NCBI GenBank assembly: GCA_030264375.1
Contig: JASCQW010000190.1
Coordinates: forward strand, 105,915,700 to 105,979,699
Direction of reading: 5' to 3'
Source of the DNA: Carcharhinus longimanus
Taxonomy: Eukaryota
Length of the DNA stretch: 64,000 nt
Shown: positions 36,903-50,261 of the stretch, piece after piece
Layout of the letters: every line of letters starts with the position of its first letter
How positions within the stretch are numbered: position 1 is the stretch's first letter
Translations under genes and position numbers: made by a program
The notes under the pieces: generated by a model
What the model was told of the DNA's origin: nothing
What the model saw: the letters and a program-made list of their open reading frames with translations, nothing else
The model's database searches: none

Positions 36903-37200
36903 CACAGTAAAAAGTCTGACAACACCAGGTTTTAGTCCAACCTATTTATTTGATAATATTCTCACAAGCTTTCGGNNNNNNNNNNNNNNNNNNNNNNNNN
37001 NNNNNNNNNNNNNNNNNNNNNNNNNNNNNNNNNNNNNNNNNNNNNNNNNNNNNNNNNNNNNNNNNNNNNNNNNNNNNNNNNNNNNNNNNNNNNNTCACAA
37101 GCTTTCGGGTTAGACCCTTCGTCAGGTGAATGGAGAGCTCTGATACGAGACAGGGCATTTTCAGTAAGGAAACCCACAGGGACACAGATAATCAACAAAG
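36903..37200 (-). mobile_element. Penelope-like pLTR remnant (second subfamily, spans a gap)
   Basis: The end text resembles the reverse complement of GGACTTTAACCTGGTGTTGTGAGACTT. A hammerhead core lies at 37095-37128. Confidence 0.7.
37095..37128 (-). ncRNA. Minimal hammerhead-ribozyme-like motif, sense to the ELF pre-mRNA
   Basis: The minus strand reads CACCTGACGAAGGGTCTAACCCGAAAGCTTGTGA (CUGACGA, stem II GGGU/ACCC, GAAA). Confidence 0.6.
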
Positions 37201-37585
37201 ATGGTAGCATAACGTAATTGTCATTGAACTAGTAATTCCGAGGCCCAAGTAACTCAAGGGTCCTCATTATTGACATGAATTCAAACCCCACCATGGCAGC
37301 TAGTGGAATTTAAATTCATCTAATAAAATCTGGAATTGAAGGCTAGTCTCAGTAATGGTGACCATGAAACACTCAGATTGTCACAAAAACCCATCTGGTC
37401 TACTAATGCCCATTAGGGAAGGAAATCTGCCATCCTTATCCTGTCTGGCCTATGTTTGACTCCAGATCCACAGTAATGTGGGTTGGCTCTTAATTGCCTG
37501 TGAAATTGGCCAGCAAGCCACTCAGTTCAAAGGCAATTAAGAATGGGCAACAATGCTGGCCTCATAGTCAAACCCATATCCAATG
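37200..37585 (+). mobile_element. tRNA-derived SINE (fourth family)
   Basis: tRNA-like head ...TTCAAACCCCACC and body GGAAGGAAATCTGCCATCCTT...GGGCAACAATGCTGGCC. A tail piece also occurs at about 11725-11800. Confidence 0.65.
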
Positions 37586-38734
37586 AAATAATATATTTGA
37601 AGTGTCATGATCCAAAATCAGAATGGCTTAACATGTGCAGAATTTTACCTGATTTGCTACTCAGGTCTTCTACAGTTTTTTTGCACCCTAACAAGCATTT
37701 TGTTTTAGGTAAGTGCTTGAGCACTAATCTGACTATTTTCAAAGGAAGTCTCATTTTGGCTAGGCCCATTGGCATGATGGACAGGTTAAATACAGCACTG
37801 TGCTGGGGAGAGGTAGGATGTGGACTTGTACCAATGATTCCACCTGTGGGCAGATGCTAAACATGCCCAACAGATGGGGGAGAAATGTGCAAAGCACAGG
37901 CCTTGCACTTTTACAGGAGAGGTAAAAGGACTTTGAGAATGTCACTGGTATTCTGATGCACTTCCTCAAGGATGTAGTATCATTCGCCTGGCAAAAGAAT
38001 GGCCTTCCTAGCTTGTCTATGGTGAGTAATTTGGAGGTCAAAAAATAATAGAAAACAGTAAATAAAACAAAAAGTGCCAATTTACACAGGAAGAAATCTT
38101 ATGAAGAAACCCAGTGGAGTACAGATTTGGGAACTGAAATCTTGCAAGCGCTAACAAGCCCTACGTCTTGTGTTTATTAAAGCTGAAAGATGATTTTGTA
38201 TTAAGCACAGAGAATTTATTAATTTAGAGATCAAAACTTGTGAAAAATTGTTACCATGACTCCTCCAGAATCTGAAGCAGGAGTGTGCTTGCAGCCGGTG
38301 TAGTTAGATGAGACATTTGAAGTTACATGAACTACACTGGAGGACATTTCAGTTCAAGGCAAGGCTAAAAGGTCCTTGAGACCATAAAAGGTGGAGTTTA
38401 CTGCAATTGTTTCAAGCGGGTTAACACCCCTACTGAAACTGCAGGCAATGAAAACTCCCACGAACATGTTGAGTGTTGGCCCACTGAAATTTAGCAACTC
38501 TGAGGCCAAGACTGCCCACAGATTGAAGTCTTTTGTTTCAGAATTGAAATTGATTTCATATTCCCACCTGGGATTTCTGACAGGAAATCAGAACCTCCAA
38601 CAGATATGAAAAAGCTTTGGCAGAGTAACGTTCACCATTAAATTGAAAGGTATACATATTTGTGAAAAAACAGGGAAGTAAGAACATGGGATGAAGTGTT
38701 GAGCTCTCTCTGGAATAGGCTGATAGGCCTAAAA

Positions 38735-40030
38735 AATATAAACATACGAATGAGGAACAAAAATAGGCCACTCGGCCCCTCAAGCCTGTTCCACCATTCA
38801 ATAAGATCATGGCCGACCTGATTGTAACTTCAACGCCAGGTTCTTGCCTACCTTCCATAACCTTGCACTCCCTTCTTAATCAAGAACCTACCTAGCTCTG
38901 CTCTTTAAATATTCAAAGACTCCACTATATTTGGAGGAAGAGAGTTCCAGAGACTTATAACCCACAGGAAAATAATTCTCCTCATCTGTTTTAAATGAAT
39001 GGCCCCTTACTTTTAAACAGCGTCTCCTAGTTTTATATTCTCCATAAAGAGGAGTCATCATCTCTCCATTCACCCTGTCAATATCCCTCAGGATCTTAAA
39101 GGTTTTGACCAAGTTGCCTCTTACACTTCTCAACTCCAGTGGATACAAACCTAATTTCTCCAACCTTTCCTCATAAGACAGCCCATTCTTGCTATTAATC
39201 CAGTTAACCTTCTCTCAACTGTTTCTAATGTGCAGACGAGTGAGATTCGCCAGCCTCCCAACCACGTTTCCTAATAGTAGGAGGCGGCACGCTGTTCACT
39301 AGTGGTGGGCTTTTCTACCCTGCTGCTACCAATGGGATTTCCCATTGATATTACCCCAGGCCACCACGAAATCTGGGCTGCTAGCTGGACCAGAAAATCT
39401 TGCTGGCGTGAATGGCCAGAGAATTCCAGCCTACATCTTTCCTTAAATAAGACGACCAATGCTGTACAAAAACTCCAGATGTGATTGACTAATGCCTTGT
39501 AAAACTGAAACAACCTCTCTATAATCAATTCACCCCACAATAACCAATAACACTATTAGCTTTCCTAATTACTTGCTGTACTTGTATATTAGCCTTTTGT
39601 GATTTATGCACTAAGATACCCAGATCCCTCTGGGTCTCACATCTTTGCAATCTCTCACCATTAAGGTTATAAACTTTTTTTTATCCTTACTACCAAAATT
39701 GACAGTTTCACGTTTGCCCATTTTACAATCAATTTGCCAGATCTTTGCCCACTCACTTAGTTTATGTCCCTTTGTAGCCTCCTAATGTCCTCTTCACAAT
39801 TTACTTTCCTACCAACCTTTACCATCAGTAAATTTCATAACCATATCTTCAATCCCTTCATCCAAGTAACTTATATAAATTGCAAAAAGTTGAGATGCCA
39901 GCACAACCCTGTGGCAGAACCAGAAAAAGACTCATTTATGCCAATTCTGTTTCCTGTGAGTGAGCCAATCACCAATCCATGCCAATATATTACTCCCTAC
40001 ACAATGAGCTTTTATTTCACATTATAACCT
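38735..40030 (-). mobile_element. CR1 LINE 3' portion, with a MITE at about 39230-39430
   Basis: EKLGLYPLELRSVRGNLVKTFKILR and LFQFYKALV motifs, with a CR1 tail. Confidence 0.85.
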
Positions 40031-40864
40031 TTGATGGTCTATTCATGTCCAAATGTGCTGCAAAGTTCTAATGTTTTTAATTCTACATTTCACTTTAGAA
40101 TCTTCCAGTGAAATATATGCAATCAGATTCTTCTGTTGCTGACTACTTCAAAATAAAGGTGCAAAAGTGGCTAACCCAACTCATAAAAACTCATCCAAAA
40201 TGCCTCCCCTCCCCCGAGTAATTCTAGCCGCCCTGATATACAATTGGTAGGCCAGGTTATTGCGTGAAAATTCCTTTCTAATCCCCTCAACCCACCAAAA
40301 AAAATTGAAAATAAATCAATTGCTAATGGATTTCTGAGCAGATTTGTTCTACCTTATGTTCTCCAGTGATATCCATGCTCAATAATGAGGGCCCTCAGGT
40401 TATCGAAAGATGGAGAAAAAGTAAAAAAAATGCCTCTCTGATGATCCACAGTGCATGGAAAAACATCCTTTCAATATTTTCAACATGTATAATGTGCGGG
40501 CACATGGGAGAAAACTAACAATATTTGCAGTCAAAACATATACGCAATCATGGTGAATTGTAAAGTGGCTTTCAATATTTACATTCTGAGAGTATGGAGA
40601 GTCCTAGGAAACCTGTGTGCATGCACCAAAACTCCAAACATCTGTAGGTAAAAACATCACCCGGAAATTTAAAAAACGGACACGATTNNNNNNNNNNNNN
40701 NNNNNNNNNNNNNNNNNNNNNNNNNNNNNNNNNNNNNNNNNNNNNNNNNNNNNNNNNNNNNNNNNNNNNNNNNNNNNNNNNNNNNNNAAATTTAAAAAAA
40801 CGGACACGATTAACACTGCAAGGTGTTTTAACATAGCAGAGTCTAATCGAATACTTTCTCAGAT

Positions 40865-41138
40865 ATAGAATCATTGAAGGAGGCCATTCAGCCCATCGGT
40901 CTGCACTGACTCTCTGACAGAGCATTGTAACTAAGCCCAAGCCGCACCCTAATAACTGTCACCCATGCACTTATCGCATTAATCCACCTAACCTGCATAT
41001 TGCTGTGCTAGGGGAGAAAGCCACAGCACCTGGAAGACACCCATGCAGATATGGCGACAGTCACCCGAGGCTGGAATTGAGCCCGGGTCCCAGGTGTTGA
41101 GAGATAACAGTGCTGACTACTGCGCCACCGTGCTGCCG
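40865..41138 (-). mobile_element. HE1-like SINE, tail A
   Basis: Reverse-complement copy. Confidence 0.8.
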
Positions 41139-42359
41139 TGTGTGAGCTCATCAGAAAGGAAAGTGCTTCGCTTAAGTGCAGTGGCCACACTGGTGAAGTA
41201 ACGCCCAAAAGAATCATTTTTCTCTTATCTGACGCAGGAACCCATCTATACAACTTTGGTTATAATCAATTGTCAAGCTTAGCTGCTGCAAAGCAACAAG
41301 GTATATACTGTAAATCGCAGCATACAAGTCAAACTAATCTAGAATACAACCTAATTATTCCAGCCCCAAAGATTATGCAAGGAATCTTCCCAAGTCCCCA
41401 CATTGGCAGGTTTGATGGCAGGCTTGGTGTGTGGGGGGGAGCAAAATACATCAGAAGGCCCAGATATTAGTTTCAAGCCAATGTGCATTTCCTGTCATAT
41501 CTTCCACTGGTGCCCACCATGGCGGGACAGAAAACCCACTGGAAGCCAGTGTGAAATTAATTTGTACCCCACTGACAGGATGCCGTGAAGGTCTGAGCAG
41601 AATCCTCCACCCACATCCAATTCTCTGCATCCACCCTGAAAACACGCCAATGTGAAACACATTTTGAACAACATGGCCTTCATATGTCAGGACTCATCTG
41701 AACAATGTCCTGAGCTGCCTTTGGAGTTCAAGATGGAGGCCGTCAGTAATCCTGGATCTGGAAACACCATGTCAGTGGTTCAGGGGAGCGTCTGCAAGGG
41801 GAACCTTCTAAATTCACTGTCCTGAAAAGAATCCAGCTACCAGTCTCAGAATGTTCCTGGAGATCCATCTTCTTTTTCAGGAGGTTTACCTTCTTCCTTC
41901 AACAGTTGGTCAATGATGTTAGGTGTCTTTTCAGTATGGGACCCAGATACAATGGCAGACTATGCACCATCAGACCTGCCCTGCCACGGAATATGGCACA
42001 AAACACCTGGTTGTATAATTAACAAGGTAAGCGTCAAAAGATTTGGTGCATTTTGTTGCCAGCCACCAAGGTGGCGAACATCCACCTTTCCATCCCAACA
42101 TGGGACTTAGTCCTAGAAAGGGAGAACTCTGCCTCATGTTTTTGCATGTACTCAGCGTATAATTCAACCTCCTTTTTTTTTAAGTCAGACTCAACTTTTC
42201 TCCCCTTGTTTTGCTCATGGTAGCTTATAATTTAAAGAGACCGAGCAGGTGATCTAAGCTGTATATTGAAGAAATGCTGGAGTTTAGGATATGTACACTC
42301 TTCATAGAGGAAGCAGACAACATTTCAAAACGGCTCTCTCACACACTGGTGTTTCACTG

Positions 42360-42670
42360 GGGTGGCAATGGTAGCACAGTGGTTAGCATTACTGCCTCAC
42401 AGCGCCAATGACCTAAGTTCAATTCTCATCTTGGGTCACTGTCTGTGTGGAGCCTGCACATTCTCCCCGTGTCTGCATGGGTTTCCTCCAGGTGTCCTGT
42501 TTACCTCCCACAATCTGAAAGACGTGCTGGTTAGATGCACTGCCCATGCTAAAGTTCTCCCTCAGTGTACCCGAAGAGGCGCCGGGGTGTGGTGGCTAGG
42601 AGATTTTCACAGCAACTTCATTGCAGTGTTAATGTAAGCCTACTTGTGACAATAATAAATAAACTTTAAG
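42360..42670 (+). mobile_element. HE1-like SINE, tail B
   Basis: Full-length copy. Confidence 0.85.
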
Positions 42671-43584
42671 CTTGGTCTACAAATCAACCCCTGTTTTTGG
42701 AAAGATTTTGAGGGAATTCAATGATCAACTTATACGCCAATATCTGCAGTACTTGTAAATTCTGGATTATGTTTTTTTTAAATACGCATTTGACATGCAA
42801 AAGATACTAACAGAAGCAAGACAAAATGATTTTGGCTTCTCTGCTGGTAGATCAAAGTCCCTGAAGACAATCATACTCTGACATGTTATTGCTAAATCCG
42901 TGAACTGTTCAACACAGGCATGAAGAATGATGATAAAACTGACTGCTTACTTCCTTTCTAATCTGAAGATGGACCATCATTATCATTACAAAAACTCAAA
43001 GGAAATGACTTGTATAAATGATGCTGGTAATAGCCTGCTATGTTTTCCTGTCACTGAAATACAGCAGAGTCTCGGAGGTGGGACCACCATACCAATGGGT
43101 TTTTCCTTGTAATGATGATGCAAGTAATTTTGTATACTCTAATTAACTCCACCATTATCCACACTGATTTTTCTGCCAATTGCACATTGCCCTGCATTAA
43201 TCCAACAGTGTAGCTGTTAGAAAGGTTATCTCTTTTCTCTGTTCACTGTGAAATTGGACATGCAAGGTTCACTACCAATCGTAAACAGGGGAGAAAGAAA
43301 ATCTTTCCTACGACCGTCAAACAGCCACACAGTTCCACTAAATAGTTATCAGCAGCGCCTGACTGACAGATGGGCTCTGTGTTTGCAACGCAGAACTGAG
43401 GGAAAATGAGAACTCTGCATCTTATGGAACACGGCCGTGTTGTGTGAATTTTTATTTGGATTGACACGAGCTGACACGCAGCTCGGTAGTGTCTATCCGA
43501 GGAAATTTCTGACACAAGAAATCGCATCTCAAAGAAGCTATTCGCAGGTTTTCCGTTAGTCCAGCTTCCAATTATTCAGTCTTG

Positions 43585-44042
43585 TGGCGGCTTCAGCAGA
43601 CAGCACTGTGACTTCTGAGCCAAAGGTCGTGGGTCCAAATCCCATTCCAAGGGCTTGACGTAATCCAGGCTGACACTTTTAGGCCGGTACTGAGAGAGTG
43701 CTGTAATGTCAGAGGCACTGTTTCTGAGCTCTGACATTAAACCAGGCCTTCGCTGCCCTCTTGTGTGAGCTTAATGAGATACCACAGCAGTATTTTCAAG
43801 GGAAACAGTGGAATCTCCTTGTCATACCGGCCAGTATTTATTTCTCAATTCGTGGTACTAAAAAATATCACTTGATCATTATCACATCGCTATACGTGAG
43901 AATCTTGTCATTGTGCTGACAGGTTGAATTGTTTCCTGCATCAAAACATCAAAACACATCAAAAGGTGCTCAGAGGCTTTGGGTCACATGCTTTGGGTCA
44001 TCCTGAGGTCATGAAGGGCGCTGGAAAAGTGCAAATCTTTAT
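43585..44042 (+). mobile_element. Deu-SINE-like element, near full length
   Basis: tRNA-like head, Deu domain and a GGTCATGAAGGGCGC tail. Confidence 0.7.
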
Positions 44043-44247
44043 TGACTGTTTTACCCCTCTGGAATCACGAGATAATTAGGGAGATGGCAAATCTTTTAAC
44101 CACAGCTCAGTCAGTTTGCCCAATGAGGTGCCCAGCGATTACACAAGGAAGTTCCCAGATTTGAGGGAGGTTAAACCAGATCATCACTTCTGCATTCAAT
44201 GAAAAGTCTCGGCTGAGGAGTAGAATTGGGCTTAGTTATGATAGCCA

Positions 44248-44476
44248 TGGTTTGGGTCACTGTCTGTGCTGAGTCTGCAGTGTTTGCGTGGGTTTCCTCC
44301 GGGTGCTCCGGTTTCCTCCCACAGTCCAAAAGACATGCTGGTTAGGGGCATTCGTCATGCTGAATTCTCCCTCTGTGTGCCCAAACAGGCACCAGAGTGT
44401 GGCGACGAGAGGATTTTCACAGCAACTCCATTGCAGTATTAATGTAAGCCTACTTGTGACACTAATAAATAAACTA
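44248..44476 (+). mobile_element. HE1-like SINE, tail B, 5'-truncated
   Basis: Body plus tail B. Confidence 0.8.
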
Positions 44477-44502
44477 TGAAATTCCCCTCCCCTGAGTCTG
44501 AA

Positions 44503-44985
44503 TCATAGAAACACAGAAAAAAGGAGCAGGCCATTCGACCCTTCTCCACCATTCAATATGATCATTGCAGATCCTCTATCTCAACGTCATACTCCCACAC
44601 TCTCCCCATAACCCTTGACATGTTTAGAATCTAGAAATCTAAGTCCTTAGAGCATTCCGTAGATTCACCACCCTCAGTGAACAGATTTCTCCTCAGCTCA
44701 GTCCTAAATGGCCTAGCCCATACCCCGAGACCGTGACCCCGAGACCGTGACCCCTTGTTCCAGGAGAGACATTAAGCTTGCATCCATTCTGTCCATCTCT
44801 GTCAGGATTTTATATGCTTTAATGAGATTCCCTCTCATTCTTCTAAATTCCAGCTAATACAGGCCCATTCTACTCGATCCCTCCTCATACAACAAACCTG
44901 CCATTCCAGGAATCAGTTTGGTGAACCTTTGCAACACTCCCTTTGTGACAAGTATATCTTTTCTTAGATAAGCAGGCCAAAAGTG
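44503..44985 (-). mobile_element. CR1 LINE 3' end
   Basis: Reverse complement of a CR1 tail (CATAGAAA...GGAGCAGGCCATTCGACCC) and of the ORF2 end. Confidence 0.8.
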
Positions 44986-47122
44986 CCAGGTCCCTCACTT
45001 AAAGACAAAGGGCTGAAGCCTTTGAGGAGGTAAACGGTGCCTGCAAAACCGAAAAGGAGTGAAACATCTTTGCCAACTGGCAAGGAAGAACAAATGGCCT
45101 GAGGTAGCAATACAAAACACTAAAATCAACAACCCTGAAAAAAAGAATTGTTCCTGAGAAATAAAAGTATCAAGATGTCCTGCAGTCACTATGGCATTGT
45201 GAAAGAGAGCATTGCACAAGAGGGTCATCTGATCTTAATTATGACTCATCGTGAGAATTGAAATTTGTTACTGACTTCCACGTTGCTACACTCATCCTGT
45301 GGTTGATCTGCAGCTTCAGCTCAGGAAAATAATAATCAAGCTTAGGCCTTCTTCAAAATATTTGGCCACAGTTTTCAGATAGGCATTTTAAAAAAAAAAC
45401 GATTATAAAGTTTACACGTCACCGTCATGTCCCCCCACCCCACCCCTCACTCTCGCATTGATATAGTTAACTAGCTTGTCAAGACTTTTAAAAAAAACCT
45501 CAGTTTAGATTCCTGCTCTGCATCACATTGGGGGTGAGTACCTTTCGTATCCCTGGGTACATGGGTTCCAACTCTTCTGTGTAAAACCAGTTAAATTAAA
45601 CAAAATGAGGGACAACGTAACAGGGGTGGCCCCTTAAAGGGATACTGCCTTCAACAAAAACAAGTGAGCTACCGTCCACTGCCCTCTACTGCGAAGTGTA
45701 CACATCAATAGTAGATGTGGTCAGTGATGCCCCACACAGTACAGTAGACTGAGATTGCCATGTGACAAATGGCTGAGGTAGCAGGAGACTTCCAGTCTGT
45801 TCCAACACGAGTCGCTGCCCTCAGGAGTAGATCAGAGAGTAAATCGGGCAAGTGGTGGAAGGAAATGATTAAATGGAGATTGGTTTGCTGATTTTAAGAT
45901 ATGATGAAAGAACAGAGACAGACATACATTACTGGATAACTGCTCCTTGTGGCTTGTTACACTCAGGAGGAAAATATCAACACTGGGCCCTTCCCTCCAA
46001 ATCGTTATTTCCCTGTTAATCAGTCCATCATCGCCGTGATCAGTCTGAAGCAATCTTCCCTCAGCAATGAATTATTTTAGTTTGCAAAGGAGAGTTTTGC
46101 TTTCAAACCAATCTAATTACGCAACCAAAGTCTTAATGCAAGTCATCACCATCTCCCCCACCCAGAATATATCCAGTGAGTGAGTGAGCCATACAAACTG
46201 GGTGATTACAGGATTCCATATCCATTCTGTGCTAAATTACCCCGGTTCGAGTGGGCCAGCATTACAGCTGCAACCACAGGGCTTTGGTTTGCCAGGGGTA
46301 GGGAGGGGAAAACTGGAGCTATAGTAAAAAGTAAAAGTAAAAGTTTATTTATTAGTCACAAGTAGACTTACTTTTACTGTGAAAATTTCACAGTCAGATT
46401 GATTCAGACCTGGTCAAAGAACAAGGGAGATATAACAGTGCTGGAAGGATTGCGAACAGCCAAGATGCTAATTCCCAACACGGACTTAAAGTAGGCCGAG
46501 AGGGAGTCGAAATTTGCAGATGGTATCAAAGTACTACAGGAAGGATATTGCGACTACAGAGATGTCCTGGGATGCTGCTTGGCAATGGGAAATAAAAACA
46601 TGGAAAATAATTTGAAAAATGTGAATCTTCTAATGCAAAATTATGTAAATGATATTACAACATAATAAAAGTGCGTAAAATTGTAAGCCAGGGCAGAGTA
46701 GAGAGGACCAGAATGTTTGGGTTAAAAGGGTAACAATGAGAGGCTTTAGATACAAGATCAAATACCATATATATCTAGAAAGCAGAACAAGAGAAATTTC
46801 TTGACAAGAGTTGTGAGCAGATTTAATGATTGAATCAAGAGGCTATTTCTATGCCGAATATTAGATTGGATGGGGCAGAAGAAAACTGGATTGAAGGAAG
46901 GGACATGAGGAGATGGTGAGTAAATATCACTGGGACCATTAGCTCATGTAAATAGTAGACACCAATGAGAATCTTATGATCATCTAGGGATGCGGCTTTG
47001 ACTGCTTAAATCAACCTCTTTTGTGAAAGTTCGTGCGTCGGCATTGGGACAGGACAAGATTGCATTCAGTTGATGGCCCCCACAGCCAAATAGCTTTCCG
47101 GCTCTCACTTTTAAGACCCAAT

Positions 47123-47249
47123 GGCCTGAACTTTACCGGCACGCCCGCCCAAGTTCCAGAGGCAGGCGAGGCTCAGAGAACAGCATTCTTCATTGGCGTC
47201 AGGCGGGACTGTACGAACATCAGGCGGACACGCCGGTAAAATTCTGCCC
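47123..47249. mobile_element. Palindromic MITE (Harbinger-like termini)
   Basis: GGCCTGAACTTTACCGGCACGCCCGCC pairs with GGCGGACACGCCGGTAAAATTCTGCCC. Similar elements at about 17908-18030, 39230-39430, 58700-58853 and 60510-60762. Confidence 0.7.
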
Positions 47250-47824
47250 AACATAAGAAGAATGGTCAATCAGCAGAAGAAACCTGGAGCTAGAAGCTTT
47301 GGTGCTGTTTCATAGAAAAGAATCAATTCCTTCGGGGATTGGCAGGAAGGGCCAAATAAACAGGATTCTTTTATGCAAACGTGTTTCTTTACTGTATAAA
47401 CATTAGTCTACGCTAGGAAACCATTCTGTGCCAATTAACTGCTTAACTCTTTCAAAACTCAATTTACATTATCACCTAGGTGTGGCCCATGAAGTATAAT
47501 GTACAAATCTTGGTGTTGGTGAAAGCCCTTTTGCAGACCGTGCACTGTTGCCGAGGCAACTGTGATATCCTTGACTGGGCAAACTCAAGAATAAACCAAA
47601 TTCCCTCACCCAGACTCAACATTGCAGTCATTTTCAGCATTACTTCCCTTGGAACACATTCAAACATGTTAATGCCATAGAGTAGGTCAGAACCACCAAA
47701 CATACCTCAAAATAACAAGAATGATGCAGAAAGCACCTCATTATATTTAACACACCAGCAACACATTGGATTATAATTGGTGCTGGGTCTGCACCAGTAA
47801 CTCAGATGTCAAACTATTACCAAG

Positions 47825-48050
47825 ATTAAAACAGAAAATTTCAGAAAGAGTCACCAAGTCTGACAGTGTCTGTAGACAGAGAAACAAAGTTAAGGGTTTC
47901 CAGTCCATATTACTCTCTTGAGCAACATGTGGACTTAAAACATCAACTCTGTTCCTTTTCCACAGATGCTATCAGACCTACTGAGTCCTTTGAACATTTT
48001 CTGCTTTTATTTCAGATTTCCAGTATCTGCAGTATTTTGCTTTTTTTTTT
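47825..48050. mobile_element. Palindromic head-to-head copy of the same short repeat family
   Basis: AAAACAGAAAATTTCAG...TCTGTAGACAGAGAAAC is mirrored by TTCCACAGATGCT...TTTTCTGCTTTTATTTCAG. Confidence 0.55.
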
Positions 48051-48157
48051 AAACCAAGATTATTCTTGTTCATTGTGGCAAAATAGTCATTGGGGTGAGT
48101 AAAAGGTGGGCTAGACACTACTAATGTACGTTATATTAGATGGATTTTGGAATATGT

Positions 48158-48475
48158 TGGTGGCACAGTGATTAGCATTGCTGCCTCACAGTGCCAGAGA
48201 CATGGGTTCAATTCTGGCCTCAGGTCACTGTCCGTGTGGAGTTTGCACAATTCTCCCCGAGTCTGAATGTGTTTCCTTTGGGTGCTCCAGTTTCATCCCA
48301 CACTCCAAAGATGTGCGGGTTAGGCTGACTGGCCACGCTGAATTGCCCCTTAATGTCGGGAGATTAGCAGGGTAAATATGTGAAGTGACGAAGATAGGAC
48401 CTAAGTGGGACTGTTGTTGATGCAGGCTCGACGGGCTGAATGGCCTCCTTCTGCACTGTAGGGTTCTATGATTCT
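48158..48475 (+). mobile_element. HE1-like SINE, tail A
   Basis: Full-length copy. Confidence 0.85.
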
Positions 48476-48514
48476 GTAAAATATTTCAATAGGATTTAAG
48501 TAGAAATGGATTAG

Positions 48515-48800
48515 AAAGTAAAGTTTATTTACTAGTCACAAGTAAGGCTTGCATTAACATTGCAATGCAGTTACTATGAAATTCCCCAAGTCGCCACATT
48601 CCGGCACCTATTTGAGCCAATGCACTTAACCAGCATGTCTCTCAGAATGTGGGAGGAAACCAGAGCACCCAGAGAAAACCCGTACAGACACAGGGAGAAC
48701 GTGCCAACTCCACACAGACAGTGACCCAAGCCAGTAATTGAACCTGGGTCCCCAGCACTGTAAAGCAGCAGTGCTAACCACTGTGCTACCGTGCCACCCC
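48515..48800 (-). mobile_element. HE1-like SINE, tail B
   Basis: Reverse-complement copy, tail-to-tail with the previous SINE. Confidence 0.85.
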
Positions 48801-49619
48801 AATTATGGTACTGCTTTGCTCTCAAATAGAATAATGGCAAATCTCTTGCCCAATTATTGACCACAGTGTGTTTTCAGAGCCTGTCATGGTGAAGACAAGA
48901 TGCTAATGGTTATTGTGAAACCAGAATGTTCCGGGTTAGAGCAGGACTGAAGCGCCAAGGAAATTGCTGGGATGCCTTCAACAACCTGTCTCAGATTGCA
49001 CACCTACACTTTCAGCACACTTAAGTTGGTTCCACTCCAAAGCTCACAGACCTGCTGCCAGTTTTGGGGAAGTAATGGCTCGCTGCCAAGTCATGTCCAT
49101 TACAAAGCAGAACGAGTGCCAACTTATAAAAATTTTTAGACCTTAACCCCACTGAGGACAACGCCGCCATCTATGGCATCAAAATTCCGCGCTATAAAAA
49201 GACATGGTCAGTTAATGTTCAATCAGGAAAAGTACGTGTTGCTTTCTGATGTATTTCCCACCAAATCCTTTCAAAGGAATACTTTTACTTACATGTTGTA
49301 CTGTTATTACCCACCCCCCGCCCCCCCAAACCCCATCCCCACATTCAATTGGGAGAGGAGGGAAAGGTGTTCAAAGCTCAAGGTGAGCGAATCCTGGGAT
49401 CAGCTCTTGCCCCATCAGCCATGACTTGGCCAGCATCACAGAGGAATCCCAATCTGAGTGCAAACAGGGTTTCCGCTGAACTTTCACCCAAGGAATTCCG
49501 GAGGAGCTGGGACAGACTTCCTGTCACATGATGCTGGCTTTGTCAGGCATACAAGGGATGGTGGGGGGGCGGAGGTGGTGCAGATTGTCAAGGATGGTGA
49601 ATGAGAAACAATAGTTCAC

Positions 49620-49948
49620 TGGGCGGTACTGGTGGCACACTGGTTAACACTGCTGCCTCTCAGCTCCAGGTACCCAAGTTCGATTCCGGCCTCGGGTCAC
49701 TGACTGTGTGGAGCTTGCATGTTCTCTGTGTCTGCATGGGTTTCCTCCCGGTGCTCCATTTTCCCCCCCACAGTCCAAAGATGTGCATGTTGGGAAGATT
49801 GACCATGCTAAATTGCCCCTTAGTGTCAGGGGGATTAGGTGGATAAATATGCTATGTTATGGGGATAGGAACTGGGTAGCATTGTGGTCGGTGCAGGCTC
49901 AATGAGCCAAATGGCCTCCTTTTGCACTGTAGATTCTTTGATTCTATA
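49620..49948 (+). mobile_element. HE1-like SINE, tail A
   Basis: Full-length copy. Confidence 0.85.
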
Positions 49949-50261
49949 GTGCAGCCACCTGTCTTCCTCCTGAACTAAAATACAATATCATCTATAGTTC
50001 AGCTCAGTTGAAAGCTCCCTGTTTCCCCATTCATAGCAGAAGTCAGACCATTTTGGTTCCACCTCTGAAAATCTTTCTTCTCCTTTAAGAATCCCAATTA
50101 AAAATGCTGTTGATTATGCTGCAGGAATATCTGTTGGTATTTGCATACAAAGGAAACAGGCTTTCCATTATTTGAAATGAATTCTCAAATGACACATTAG
50201 AAACAAGCCACACTAAGGCACTGACCATGCAGTAGCTTTATATTTGAAATCAATAGAACTT

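Noticed and set aside
40665-40811. Direct repeats flanking gaps (also 36962/37095 and 56260/56410)
   Set aside because: Identical text on both sides of approximately 100-N gaps is typical of unmerged contig overlaps, so these are not treated as real duplications.
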